64,000 bases of DNA from an uncultured Candidatus Saccharibacteria bacterium. GTDB taxonomy: Bacteria; Patescibacteriota; Minisyncoccia; Spechtbacterales; 2-12-FULL-38-22. The notes beneath the pieces are model-generated. The model was not told the DNA's origin. It did no database searches and worked only from the letters and a program-made list of their open reading frames with translations. The stretch is taken from assembly GCA_964393575.1 (NCBI GenBank), contig CAYMUG010000002.1, positions 341 through 64,340 on the forward strand. Direction: 5' to 3'. The position numbers and the translations under genes are program-made. The first letter of the stretch is position 1. Each line of letters begins with the position of its first letter. This document shows, piece after piece, positions 7,816-17,400 of this stretch.

Positions 7816-9413
7816 TGAAAAATCTTTTCACTAAACAAAACATTATATTTTCTGCATCATTAGCACTTGTTGTGTTAACAGGGTTAGGTATTATTCCCCG
7901 TTTTGCCGCGTTTTTAGTTTTAGGTTTGTATCTTTTTTACCTTGTTTTTGCCCCTCTAAACAGAGGAGTGGAAATATTTTTACGCTCAATCCCTATTTTT
8001 ATAGCTTTGCCAATAACCGAGTCCTTCGATAATTTTAATATGTGGCGCTTGCTTTTATTGGTGTTATTTTTGAAATGGGCTTGGGAGGTAAATATTTTTA
8101 GGATGTTGAGACGCGGACTGGATAAGCTTTTATACGGAGGTCTGAATATAAGAAAATATAGCATTGAGTTTTTCGGAATTTTATTTTTCGTATTTGCAGG
8201 TATTTCTGTTTTTGTAGCTTTGGACACAACAGCTGCTGTAAAACGCCTTATTTATCTTGCAAACGGGGCCTTCTTATTTATCATTACAGTTTCATTAATA
8301 AGAAGTAACAAAAATTATCTCAATGGTTTTCTCAAAAATTTTGCTTATTCGGGTATTCTGGTTGTTGTCATAGGGTTTGTACAATTTATTTCCGCTTACT
8401 TTACTCAGCCGTGGATTTTTCATTACTGGTGGGGGCAAGTCGTAAGCTTAAATTTATACGGCAGGGAATGGGCTGATATTGTTACATTTTTCGGAAATAC
8501 ATGGTTTAGTTATTCAGGGGACACTCTGCGTCTGCGAATGTTCAGTATTTTCCCGGACTCTCACTCTTTCCCGTTGTACGTAATTATGACAATACCCGGT
8601 CTTTTGTATATGGTTTCCCGCAAACTATCTGAATTTAAAAATTATATATCAAGCAAAAATTATAAATTTAAGCTCATACGTTTTTTCAAATCAAGGAGGA
8701 ATTTATTTTTTGTTTTCGGTTTTGCCTTGATGAATTTAGCCCTAATTTTATCCGGAACCCGGGGTATCTGGGTAAGCGGACCGTTAGCTGCGCTAACGTT
8801 TTTACTTTTTTGGAAATTTAAAACAGATAAACGCTTCACTAAAGTTGCCACCGCCTGGCTAACTGTGTTTTTAATTATGTTTGCGGCATATTTTCTAATA
8901 GTATCATTTCCGCAATTTCAGGATACGGAATTCAGCTCTTCAGCTACCGTATCCAGAATCAAAAGTATTACTGATTTCGGAGAGATATCCAATAAGGGGC
9001 GTATAAATATATGGCAAAAAACACTAAGCTTTACAGTGAAAAGCCCTGTATGGGGTACCGGTATAGGAAATTATCCGCTTGTTCTCTATGAGCCGCAGTC
9101 GGCTATGCAGGCGGGTGCCAGTGCCCATAATATATATTTGCATATAGCGTCCACTATTGGCATTTTTGGCTTGTTGGCGTTTTTGGGTTATATTTTTGAA
9201 ATTGTACGAAGGGGTATTATATATATAAAAAATAACCCACGCACGCAAGAAGGGTTGTATGCTGCCTTGACCCTTTTTGCGTTAGCGTGGGTGGGGGCAT
9301 ATCTTATGACTGACGCTACGCTTTATGACGGGCGGGCGCTACTTGCTTTTATGGCATTTACGGGCATAATTACAGGCCTCCTGTCTCAGCCCATTAAAAG
9401 AACTAACAACTAA
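7815..9413 (+). CDS. polytopic membrane protein, O-antigen ligase/polymerase-like (Wzy_C)
   Basis: About 12 TM segments and an LSGTRGIW loop motif. Confidence 0.6.
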   Translation: MKNLFTKQNIIFSASLALVVLTGLGIIPRFAAFLVLGLYLFYLVFAPLNRGVEIFLRSIPIFIALPITESFDNFNMWRLLLLVLFLKWAWEVNIFRMLRRGLDKLLYGGLNIRKYSIEFFGILFFVFAGISVFVALDTTAAVKRLIYLANGAFLFIITVSLIRSNKNYLNGFLKNFAYSGILVVVIGFVQFISAYFTQPWIFHYWWGQVVSLNLYGREWADIVTFFGNTWFSYSGDTLRLRMFSIFPDSHSFPLYVIMTIPGLLYMVSRKLSEFKNYISSKNYKFKLIRFFKSRRNLFFVFGFALMNLALILSGTRGIWVSGPLAALTFLLFWKFKTDKRFTKVATAWLTVFLIMFAAYFLIVSFPQFQDTEFSSSATVSRIKSITDFGEISNKGRINIWQKTLSFTVKSPVWGTGIGNYPLVLYEPQSAMQAGASAHNIYLHIASTIGIFGLLAFLGYIFEIVRRGIIYIKNNPRTQEGLYAALTLFALAWVGAYLMTDATLYDGRALLAFMAFTGIITGLLSQPIKRTNN

Positions 9414-9580
9414 TAACCGACAACCCACAACTAACAACTAACAACTAACAACAAATGACAAATGACAAAAGAACAGATTAACAGATTAACATAATAAAAA
9501 TCCTAAATTCTAATACCTAAATCCTAAACAAATTCAAAATTCAAATGTTCTAAATTCTAAACCGTTTTGAATTTTATATT
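9401..9580. repeat. low-complexity intergenic block of short tandem repeats (caactaa x3, caaatga x2, cagattaa x2, ctaaattctaa x2, aattcaaa x2)
   Basis: Read directly. Related short repeats occur at 2600-2625, 28036-28052, 60722-60745 and 60810-60835. Confidence 0.6.
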
Positions 9581-9689
9581 TTAGTCATTTGATATTGTTT
9601 AGAGTTTAGTGTCGTTTTGAAATTAGAATTTTGTGAAAGCAGTAAACCCTGCACCTGTTCCTTCGGAAAGGTGAGGGACAGATAAAATT

Positions 9690-10790
9690 ATGAAAAACCC
9701 GCGGGTTGATATACATCTAATAGTGCAAAACGGAGAGAAGTACATTAGAAAATGCCTGGAACATGTAAAAGTCCAGGGATATTCAAATACAAAGGTTAGA
9801 ATATTTGATAATAACTCCTCAGATAACTCAATAAAAATAGCCAACGAAGTTATACCGGATGCCGAGGTTATTAATTTTGATAGAAATTATAGTTTGGGCG
9901 GAGGTTTTAATCGCAGTTTATATTTTTCCGATGCTCCATATGTTGTTTTACTGAGCGTTGATATTTTTATGCACGGAAATTTTACGGAAAACGCAGTCAA
10001 TGTGATGGAAGGTAAAGATACTGTAGGCGCTCTGCAGGCAAAAATATTTAAGTATGACTGGGATAAAGGTGGTTTTTCGCAAAAACAAAACCCAGAACCC
10101 GTAAAAGATCCGGGTAGAACATCTGTTATTGATACAACGGGAATGCAGATTTTTAAATCAGGACGAGTTATCAATAGAGGGCATGGCGAAGAAGATAAGG
10201 GGCAATATAATACAGCGGGTGCCGTCTTTTGCTATGAAGGCGCTGTCCCTATTTTTCGCAGAAGGGCGCTGGAAGAGGTAAAAATGCAAAAATTCCCGCC
10301 TTTTTACGCTCCATATACTGATAAAAAAGATGCATCAAAATATCCTTATGAATATCTGGACGAAGATTTTGTGTGGTATGCGGATGAGGTTGACTTAGGA
10401 TGGCGAATACGTTTATATGGATGGGAATCCTATTATAGTCCTGATGTAATTGCATGGCACGACAGACAGACAACCAAAAAATTATCAGGAGGACGTATAA
10501 ATTTTATTAAACAACGCAAAACAATACCTATCCGCAAAAGGCGGTTAGATTTTCGCAATTTACGCCTTACGTTTGTTAAAAACGGATTTTGGAGCAACAC
10601 CTTATTAACTCTCCCTTATACATTAAAACGCGAGATAATGCTGTTTGTTTATATTTTATTTTGGGAGAGAGGCACGCTTCGTGCTTATGCGGGAATTTTA
10701 AAAATGATGCCGAAAATATTAAAAAAAAGGGGTGTTATAATGAACTCCAAAAAGATATCCGCTAAAGAAATCAGATATTGGTTTAAATGA
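9690..10790 (+). CDS. family 2 glycosyltransferase
   Basis: N-terminal GT-A motifs are present (DNNSSDNS, a DxD-like motif). Confidence 0.75.
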   Translation: MKNPRVDIHLIVQNGEKYIRKCLEHVKVQGYSNTKVRIFDNNSSDNSIKIANEVIPDAEVINFDRNYSLGGGFNRSLYFSDAPYVVLLSVDIFMHGNFTENAVNVMEGKDTVGALQAKIFKYDWDKGGFSQKQNPEPVKDPGRTSVIDTTGMQIFKSGRVINRGHGEEDKGQYNTAGAVFCYEGAVPIFRRRALEEVKMQKFPPFYAPYTDKKDASKYPYEYLDEDFVWYADEVDLGWRIRLYGWESYYSPDVIAWHDRQTTKKLSGGRINFIKQRKTIPIRKRRLDFRNLRLTFVKNGFWSNTLLTLPYTLKREIMLFVYILFWERGTLRAYAGILKMMPKILKKRGVIMNSKKISAKEIRYWFK

Positions 10791-11875
10791 GTAAAAAAAA
10801 GAAAATTACAATCTCTGCTGTGTTAGCTACTGTCTTACTTCTGGGAATGGGAGCACTGTTTTTACATAGCTCTTCTAATGTTGTGACAGTAAAAGGTAAT
10901 GCTGATGTAGGAAAATATGAGAATTTTAGTGTTGAACAAAAAGACGAGCGTGTTAACGTTCTTGTCTTGGGTATGAGAGGTGCGGGTAACGGCGAAAACG
11001 GAGCACTTTTAGCGGATAGTATTATGCTTTTTAGTTTCGATAAAGAAAAAGAGGAGGCAGCTATGATTTCTGTACCCAGAGATTTATATGTTAAAATTCC
11101 GGAACACCCTAATAAAGAAAAAATTAATTATGCGTATGCGCTGGGTGAACAAAGAAGTCCCGGCGGAGGCGGACTTAGCTTAACGAAAGAAGTTGTTCAA
11201 TATGTTACCGGTGTACATATAGACCATGCTGTAGTTGCTAATTTTGAGGGTTTTGAGGAGGTAGTTGATATAGTAGGCGGAGTGGAGGTTTATCGTGATA
11301 GGCCTTTTTATGAATCACAACAATGGCAGTTTGAAGGAAATCCCAATAGTCCTTATTGGTTTAAACAGCAGAATACTGCAACAAACGACACTTCTTCTTT
11401 GGAAGAAAATGCTACGGGTACATCTTCCGAAAATCCGCCGGAATATTGGGTGTTTCATGTTCCGGCAGGTCGCAGTGTGCTTGACGGAGAATCCGCTCTC
11501 TATTACGTGCGTTCCCGCTTTACGAGTAATGACTTTGAACGCATGGAAAGACAACAAGAGGTCATGAAATCTCTAAAATCAAAGATTTTTTCACTGGGCA
11601 TTTTAAGCAACCCTTCAAAAGTATTTCAGATTTTGGATAGCTTGGGCAGAAATGTTAGAACTGATATGAGTTTGGGAGAAATAAACGAAGTGATTTCTCT
11701 GGCACAACAGCACTCGGATATGGATATCAAATCGATAACGCTGGATACATCCGAAAACGGAATGCTGCGTTCAAAAACATCACCCCAAGGCGCTTACATT
11801 CTTGTGCCTAAAACAGGGGAATTTGATAAAATAAGGGAGGAAATTAAAAATATTTTTAATAACAATCAACAATGA
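10787..11875 (+). CDS. LytR-CpsA-Psr (LCP) family cell-wall polymer phosphotransferase
   Basis: N-terminal TM anchor. The LCP core is present (VLVLGMRG...SIMLFSF...ISVPRDLYV...GFEEVVDIVGGVEV). Confidence 0.8.
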   Translation: MSKKKKITISAVLATVLLLGMGALFLHSSSNVVTVKGNADVGKYENFSVEQKDERVNVLVLGMRGAGNGENGALLADSIMLFSFDKEKEEAAMISVPRDLYVKIPEHPNKEKINYAYALGEQRSPGGGGLSLTKEVVQYVTGVHIDHAVVANFEGFEEVVDIVGGVEVYRDRPFYESQQWQFEGNPNSPYWFKQQNTATNDTSSLEENATGTSSENPPEYWVFHVPAGRSVLDGESALYYVRSRFTSNDFERMERQQEVMKSLKSKIFSLGILSNPSKVFQILDSLGRNVRTDMSLGEINEVISLAQQHSDMDIKSITLDTSENGMLRSKTSPQGAYILVPKTGEFDKIREEIKNIFNNNQQ

Positions 11876-13086
11876 TTTCATCATCTAAAAAATCACGTTT
11901 TTTTCTCGGTTTTGCCGTTATTGTTTTTATACTTTTAGCTTTTGCCGGAGGTTTTCTGATAGGTCAACGACATCCTTCTGATAGTGACAAAAAAGAGCAG
12001 CTTGATTTGAGTAGTATTTTTAACAACGAAGAAGATGTCAAGTTTTCTCTGGTAAGAGATGCATGGGATATTATTCACAATAAATATGTGGACTCGGAAG
12101 AATTGGATGACAGAAAGTTAATTTTTGGTGCAATCAAGGGAATGGTTAAAGAGGTAGATGACCCTTTTACGGTATTCTTTAATAAAGAGGAAACCAAGCA
12201 GTTTGAAAGCAGTGTTAAAGGTAAATTTGGGGGTGTTGGTATAGAAATTACTATGAGAGAAGGCCAGCTCACTGTTGTATCTCCTATACGCGGCACTCCG
12301 GCGTTTGAAGCAGGGGTTGAAGCGGAAGACAAAATTATTAAAATAGATGGTGAAAATACTGAAGGAATAAAATTAGAAGAAGCTGTTTCAAAAATTAGAG
12401 GAGATGAAGGAACCACTGTTGTACTTACAGTAGAGCGCAGCGATGGAGAAGTTCTGGATATTCCTATTGAACGCGATATTATTAAGGTGCCCAACATTGA
12501 TTGGCAAATCCTGGAAGACGGAGTTGCTTATATAGAGATAAAACAGTTTTCCGAACCTACAGCACGTGATTTTAAAAAAGCAGCACAGAATGTACTTGAA
12601 TCAAATGCGGATAAAATTATTATAGATGTGCGCAATAACCCGGGCGGATTTTTGGACAGAGCTATAGATGTTTCAGGTTGGTTCATAGAAAAGGATAAAG
12701 TAGTTGTATATGAAAAAAGAGGTCCGAATAAAAAAATAACACACACCAGCTCAGGACCTAATTCATTTGAGGGTTTTAAAGTAGTGGTATTGCAAAACAA
12801 GGGTTCTGCCTCCGCTTCTGAGATTTTTGCCGGAGCATTACGCGACCATGAAAAAGCAACAATCATCGGGGAAAAAAGTTTCGGCAAAGGGTCTGTGCAA
12901 TCGTTTGAGAATTTAGCAGGAAATACCGGACTTAAAGTGACTATAGCAAAATGGTTTACGCCTTCTAATGAAATAATTAACGATAAAGGTATTACGCCGG
13001 ATATCAAAGTAGAATTGACACAAGAAGATGCTGAGGCAGGGAGAGACCCTCAGAAAAATAGAGCTATTGAATTTTTGAAGAATTAA
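11872..13086 (+). CDS. C-terminal processing peptidase (S41, CtpA-like) with a PDZ domain
   Basis: The motifs GVGIEI, IIDVRNNPGG and GSASASEIFAGAL are present. Confidence 0.85.
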   Translation: MISSSKKSRFFLGFAVIVFILLAFAGGFLIGQRHPSDSDKKEQLDLSSIFNNEEDVKFSLVRDAWDIIHNKYVDSEELDDRKLIFGAIKGMVKEVDDPFTVFFNKEETKQFESSVKGKFGGVGIEITMREGQLTVVSPIRGTPAFEAGVEAEDKIIKIDGENTEGIKLEEAVSKIRGDEGTTVVLTVERSDGEVLDIPIERDIIKVPNIDWQILEDGVAYIEIKQFSEPTARDFKKAAQNVLESNADKIIIDVRNNPGGFLDRAIDVSGWFIEKDKVVVYEKRGPNKKITHTSSGPNSFEGFKVVVLQNKGSASASEIFAGALRDHEKATIIGEKSFGKGSVQSFENLAGNTGLKVTIAKWFTPSNEIINDKGITPDIKVELTQEDAEAGRDPQKNRAIEFLKN

Positions 13087-13096
13087 TTTATCATGT

Positions 13097-14050
13097 TTGT
13101 ATATGAATTTTACCGAAATGTATAAAGAGGCAGTGCGCTTGGGCATGGAAGCGGATCCACGAGGCAGGGAAGCGCCTCAAAAAACACTGCAAGAAAATAA
13201 AAATAAATACGAAGGGTCTTCGGAAAAAGATAAAGAATTTTTTGATACAGAAGGTCTTGAAAATCCCTATCCGGATACAAGGATACTCTATCGCCCGGAA
13301 GAAGATCCTGATATTAAAAAAATAATAGCGGGTATTGATATAGATGCCGGAGAGTTACAGGTTGCAAAAGCTATGCAGGACATAGACGCTGTATTTTCTC
13401 ACCACCCCCGAGGAAAAGCATTGGCTTCTTTAGGCGAAGTTATGCCTATGCAGGCAGAGATATTGAATATGTATGGTGTACCCATAAATGTAGCCGAAGC
13501 TCTTCTTGAAAAAAGAATCTCGGAAGTATCGAGAGGTCTTTCTCCGGGAAACCATTTTCGTTCTGTAGATATTGCCCGTTTACTGCATATGCCTTTTGCA
13601 TGTACTCATACTGTAACGGACAATATGGCGTACCAATTCCTTAAAAAAGAAGTGGAAGATAAAGAACCTGAAAAAGTTGGAGATATTTTTGATATGCTTT
13701 TGGATGTCCCCGAATACAAAAAAGCTGAAAATATGGGTCTCGGTCCTAAATTATTTTCCGGCAAAAAAGAAAATAGAGCAGGCAAAATTGCGGTTACCGA
13801 AGTAACCGGAGGAACTGAAGGCGCTAAAGATATTTATGAAAAAATGGCAAATGCAGGCGTGGGAACAATTATAGCCATGCATCAGTCAGAACAACACAGA
13901 GAAAATGCGGAAAAAGCACACATTAATGTTATAATCTCGGGACATATGAGTTCCGATTCTATGGGTATGAATCAATTATTGGATTATTATGAAAGAAATG
14001 GTATAGGTGTGGTCCCTGCAGGTGGTTTAATAAGAGTATCGCGCAATTAA
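13097..14050 (+). CDS. Nif3-like dinuclear metal-centre protein (tentative)
   Basis: Motifs HHP, CTHTVTDN (AHTxxD-like) and a C-terminal ISGHMSSD (GHY-like) are present. The N-terminus is atypical. Confidence 0.45.
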   Translation: MYMNFTEMYKEAVRLGMEADPRGREAPQKTLQENKNKYEGSSEKDKEFFDTEGLENPYPDTRILYRPEEDPDIKKIIAGIDIDAGELQVAKAMQDIDAVFSHHPRGKALASLGEVMPMQAEILNMYGVPINVAEALLEKRISEVSRGLSPGNHFRSVDIARLLHMPFACTHTVTDNMAYQFLKKEVEDKEPEKVGDIFDMLLDVPEYKKAENMGLGPKLFSGKKENRAGKIAVTEVTGGTEGAKDIYEKMANAGVGTIIAMHQSEQHRENAEKAHINVIISGHMSSDSMGMNQLLDYYERNGIGVVPAGGLIRVSRN

Positions 14051-14135
14051 GCTCACCGCCACCGGCGGTTCGCACATTTGACCATTAACCATTGACAGAT
14101 ATACTTACACCGCAAGCATCAAAGGTCAAAGGTTA

Positions 14136-14165
14136 AATGTTTTTGTGAACGTAGCGAACAAAATT
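14136..14165 (+). promoter_or_regulatory. conserved 5' leader motif copy (GTGAACGTAGCGAACAAAATT-ATG)
   Basis: Same motif family as upstream of rpmA, mraY, sodN and sodX. Confidence 0.5.
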
Positions 14166-14615
14166 ATGAAAGTTATATTATTAAAAGACGTAAAAAATTT
14201 AGGAAAACAGGGTGATGTAAAAGAAGTAAAAAACGGTTACGCCCGCAATTTTCTCATTCCACAGGGTCTGGCCAAAGCTGCCACAAAGAGCGCATTAAAA
14301 CAACACGAAAACGAATTAAAGTTTCGTGAAGAAAAGGGCATGCAAGAACTTAAGGAAGTTGAGAAATTAGCGGAGCAACTGGAGGGTCATGAAGTTATGA
14401 TCAAAGAAAAAGCTAACGAAGAAGGTAAATTATACGCTGCAGTTGACGAGGAAAAGATAAAAGAGGTTCTTGGCAATGAAAACACTACGATAAAAGCGGA
14501 ATGGGTGAAGTTGGACAAAAAAATAAAAGAAACAGGGGAGTATGAGGTTAAATTAGAATTTGACCATGGCATTGAAGCAAATATCAAAGTTATAATAGAA
14601 AAAAAGGAAGAATAG
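14166..14615 (+). CDS. rplI: 50S ribosomal protein L9
   Basis: The N-terminus [32 protein letters not shown] matches L9. The start is taken at the second ATG on the basis of the leader-motif alignment. Confidence 0.85.
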   Translation: MKVILLKDVKNLGKQGDVKEVKNGYARNFLIPQGLAKAATKSALKQHENELKFREEKGMQELKEVEKLAEQLEGHEVMIKEKANEEGKLYAAVDEEKIKEVLGNENTTIKAEWVKLDKKIKETGEYEVKLEFDHGIEANIKVIIEKKEE

Positions 14616-14709
14616 AATATAAAATTATTCTCCACCATCCTCGTTAGGTGTGTTTATCTGTTATAATAAAAACACGAGCACGCTTACAATTTTTGAATTT
14701 TAATCATTT

Positions 14710-16353
14710 ATGAAATTTATTTTTGTAACGGGAGGTGTAATGAGCGGAGTAGGAAAAGGTGTTGCTACTTCCTCTATAGGCGCGCTTTTAAAGGCGCGCG
14801 GTTTTAATGTAACACTGGTTAAAATAGACCCTTATATTAATGTGGACGCAGGTACAATGAATCCTATTGAGCATGGCGAGGTTTTTGTGACAGATGATGG
14901 AGTAGAATGCGACCAGGATTTAGGTAATTATGAACGGTTTTTAAACATAAGTTTATCTTCTACTAATTATATGACGACAGGAAGGGTATATAATTCCGTT
15001 ATTAATAAAGAAAGGAACCTGGAATACGGAGGTAAGACAGTGGAAGTGGTGCCTCATATACCCGAAGAGGTTATAAAAAGAATTAAAAAAGCCGGAAAAG
15101 AAAAGAATGCAGATTTTGTTATGGTGGAAGTGGGAGGCACTATAGGAGAGTATCAGAACTTGCTTTTTCTTGAAGCGGCCAGAATGCTTCACCTGAGACA
15201 ACCTAAAGATGTACTTTATGCTTTGATCACCTATCTTCCCCGACCCAAAATGATAGGGGAAATGAAAACAAAACCCACTCAATATGCAGTACGAGCTTTG
15301 AATTCCGCGGGTATACAACCGGATATTATCGTCGCGAGAAGTGAAGAAGAATTAGATACACCCCGAAAGAAAAAAATTGCTACTTTCTGTAATATGGAAG
15401 ACCATGCTATTATTTCCGCGCCGGACATTAAGACCAGTATTTACGAAATTCCTTTAAACTTTGAAAAAGAGGATGTGGGAAAAATCATTTTGAACCGTTT
15501 CGGTATGCGTGAGCGGCCAACCGACCTTTCGGAGTGGCAGAAATTAGTCCGAAAAATTCATACATCCTTAGAAAAAAAGGAAAAAGGCGATACTATTAAT
15601 ATAGGGGTTGCGGGTAAATATTTTGAAACCGGAGAATTTATACTTTCCGACGCCTATCTTTCTGTGATAGAAGCAATTAAACACGCGGCCTGGGATCACA
15701 ATGTGGCTGTAAATATTGATTGGCTGAATGCAGAAGATTATGAGGTGACAAATAAAACCACTAACCTTAAGAAATTATCAAAATATAATGGCATAATAGT
15801 GCCCGGCGGATTCGGAAGTCGCGGCACGGAGGGAAAAATTAATGTGATAAAATATGCGCGGGAAAACAATATTCCGTTTTTGGGTCTGTGTTATGGCATG
15901 CAATTAGCCACCGTAGAATTTGCTCGTAATATTTGCGGTTTAGAGAAAGCGGATTCCACCGAAATAAAAAAAGACGCAAAACACCCTGTTATAGACGTAA
16001 TGCCGGAGCAAAAAGTAAATCTGCGAAAAAAATACTTTGGCGCAACAATGCGCCTCGGAGCTTATAATTGCAACCTAAAGCCGGGCACACTAACCTATAA
16101 AGCTTATCAAAATACTAACAGAGTATCGGAGCGTCATAGGCACAGATATGAATTTAACAATGAATATAAAGATGCCCTAGAGAAGGGAGGGCTTATTTCA
16201 AGCGGCATCAATCCCGAAAAAAATTTAGTGGAAGCTATAGAGGTGCCCGGCCACAAGTTTTTTGTGGGAACCCAGTTTCACCCCGAGTTTAAAAGCAGGC
16301 CGTTCACCCCACACCCTCTTTTTAAAGAGTTTATCAATGCAGCTAAGCGATAA
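14710..16353 (+). CDS. pyrG: CTP synthase
   Basis: An N-terminal synthetase domain and a C-terminal GATase (GLCYGMQ) are present over the full length. Confidence 0.95.
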   Translation: MKFIFVTGGVMSGVGKGVATSSIGALLKARGFNVTLVKIDPYINVDAGTMNPIEHGEVFVTDDGVECDQDLGNYERFLNISLSSTNYMTTGRVYNSVINKERNLEYGGKTVEVVPHIPEEVIKRIKKAGKEKNADFVMVEVGGTIGEYQNLLFLEAARMLHLRQPKDVLYALITYLPRPKMIGEMKTKPTQYAVRALNSAGIQPDIIVARSEEELDTPRKKKIATFCNMEDHAIISAPDIKTSIYEIPLNFEKEDVGKIILNRFGMRERPTDLSEWQKLVRKIHTSLEKKEKGDTINIGVAGKYFETGEFILSDAYLSVIEAIKHAAWDHNVAVNIDWLNAEDYEVTNKTTNLKKLSKYNGIIVPGGFGSRGTEGKINVIKYARENNIPFLGLCYGMQLATVEFARNICGLEKADSTEIKKDAKHPVIDVMPEQKVNLRKKYFGATMRLGAYNCNLKPGTLTYKAYQNTNRVSERHRHRYEFNNEYKDALEKGGLISSGINPEKNLVEAIEVPGHKFFVGTQFHPEFKSRPFTPHPLFKEFINAAKR

Positions 16354-16418
16354 ATTCTACTTACAAAACAAAAAATAACAAGTTGTCTTTGTTAGTCGGT
16401 TCTATTGTAACAACCACT

Positions 16419-16456
16419 AAAAAGGTCGGCTAAACCAATGGTTTAGCCGACCTTTG
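16419..16456. terminator. bidirectional terminator hairpin aggtcggctaaacc-aa-tggtttagccgacct
   Basis: It lies between convergent pyrG and rpmA. A paralogous copy is at 57081-57126. Confidence 0.65.
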
Positions 16457-16482
16457 TTCACCAAGAAAAGATGTAGAGATTG

Positions 16483-16755
16483 TTATAACACTTCTATAAC
16501 CGTTGCTTTTCTTTGAGTGCCGTCAAATTTTGTTTTCCGTATTTTTTTGAAGTGCACTACACCTTGACGCTTTGCATATAAGGTGTCGTCAGCACCTATG
16601 CGTACATTTTGCCCGGGTATATACTTTGTGCCTCTTTGACGCACAAGAATCATTCCTGCTTGTGCTTTTTGACCGCTAAATAATTTTACGCCCAAGCGCT
16701 TAGATGCTGAATCTCTTCCTAGTTTTGTTGATCCTGATGCTTTTGTTTTCGCCAT
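16483..16755 (-). CDS. rpmA: 50S ribosomal protein L27
   Basis: Conserved L27 core ([26 protein letters not shown]). Confidence 0.9.
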   Translation of the reverse strand: MAKTKASGSTKLGRDSASKRLGVKLFSGQKAQAGMILVRQRGTKYIPGQNVRIGADDTLYAKRQGVVHFKKIRKTKFDGTQRKATVIEVL

Positions 16756-16885
16756 GATTATTTGTTCGGCTCCGCCTCACAAAAACATTTGACAATTGAC
16801 TTTTAACCTTTGACTGTGCTCGTTTTGCGAGCGCTCGGAAGATCGCGGGACGATTTTGTCAGGAGTCAGGTGTCGAATGTTAGAT
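16756..16885 (-). repeat. copy A of a ~130-bp intergenic leader/promoter element (leader motif + GCGCTCG-N-CGAGCGC palindrome + 4 heptad TGTCA-like repeats)
   Basis: It is about 88% identical to 36047-36172, which lies upstream of mraY. Confidence 0.7.
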
Positions 16886-16937
16886 GTGCTGGTAGAGTGA
16901 GCTTGCCGAAGGATTGTATTAATGCTATTTTATTCTC

Positions 16938-17273
16938 ATGAATTTTTTTGAGAATAATAAAAAAGAATTATTCAATGCGACCCTTATAGGATTAGGGATA
17001 ATTACGGTATTCTCTCTGGGGTATTTTACCGCGAATTTAATTAATGTGCAAAAATCCCCTATAGAAGTTGACCAGTTAGATTATACGGATAAAAACAATA
17101 AAAATCAAGTCCCTAAAGAAGGTAGGGTCGTAGGCAGCGTGAATTCTGATAAATATCATTATACTGACTGTCCCGGCGCCCAAATGATAAATAAAGAAAA
17201 TAAAATATTTTTCGCGAGCGTAAAAGAAGCACAAGACGCGGGATACCAACTTGCTGCAAATTGCAACAAATAA
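16938..17273 (+). CDS. membrane-anchored small protein with a C-terminal YHYTDCP...GYQLAANC metal-binding-like module
   Basis: ORF with an N-terminal TM segment. The Cys/His spacing resembles small Zn-ribbon-like secreted domains. Confidence 0.45.
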   Translation: MNFFENNKKELFNATLIGLGIITVFSLGYFTANLINVQKSPIEVDQLDYTDKNNKNQVPKEGRVVGSVNSDKYHYTDCPGAQMINKENKIFFASVKEAQDAGYQLAANCNK

Positions 17274-17319
17274 TAATCAATAACTAATAATCGCTAACAT
17301 TATAATTTCCAATTGATTG

Positions 17320-17383
17320 AGGGGGTTTTTTATTTTTTGATTTAAATAAAAAACCCCCCGCTTTTTTTGCAGAAAAGCGGGGA
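17320..17383. terminator. tandem bidirectional terminators (ggggg-T/A-ccccc and ccccgc-T7-gcagaaaa-gcgggg)
   Basis: Two stem-loops lie between the convergent genes. Confidence 0.65.
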
Positions 17384-17400
17384 GTGTGAAAAGAACAAAA

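Noticed and set aside
9401-9580. Possible CRISPR array from the repeated short motifs
   Set aside because: The repeats are 7-11 bp tandem units without unique spacers of regular length, and there are no cas genes in the window.
12075-13007. Track ORFs 12075..12497(-) and 12528..13007(-) inside ctpA, and similar antisense ORFs (for example 5923..6396, 22089..22514, 35466..36038, 44614..46150, 47576..49253)
   Set aside because: They lie entirely antisense to strongly supported genes. Their composition is low-complexity (S/T/L/I-rich) and they lack RBS or start context, which is typical of shadow ORFs.
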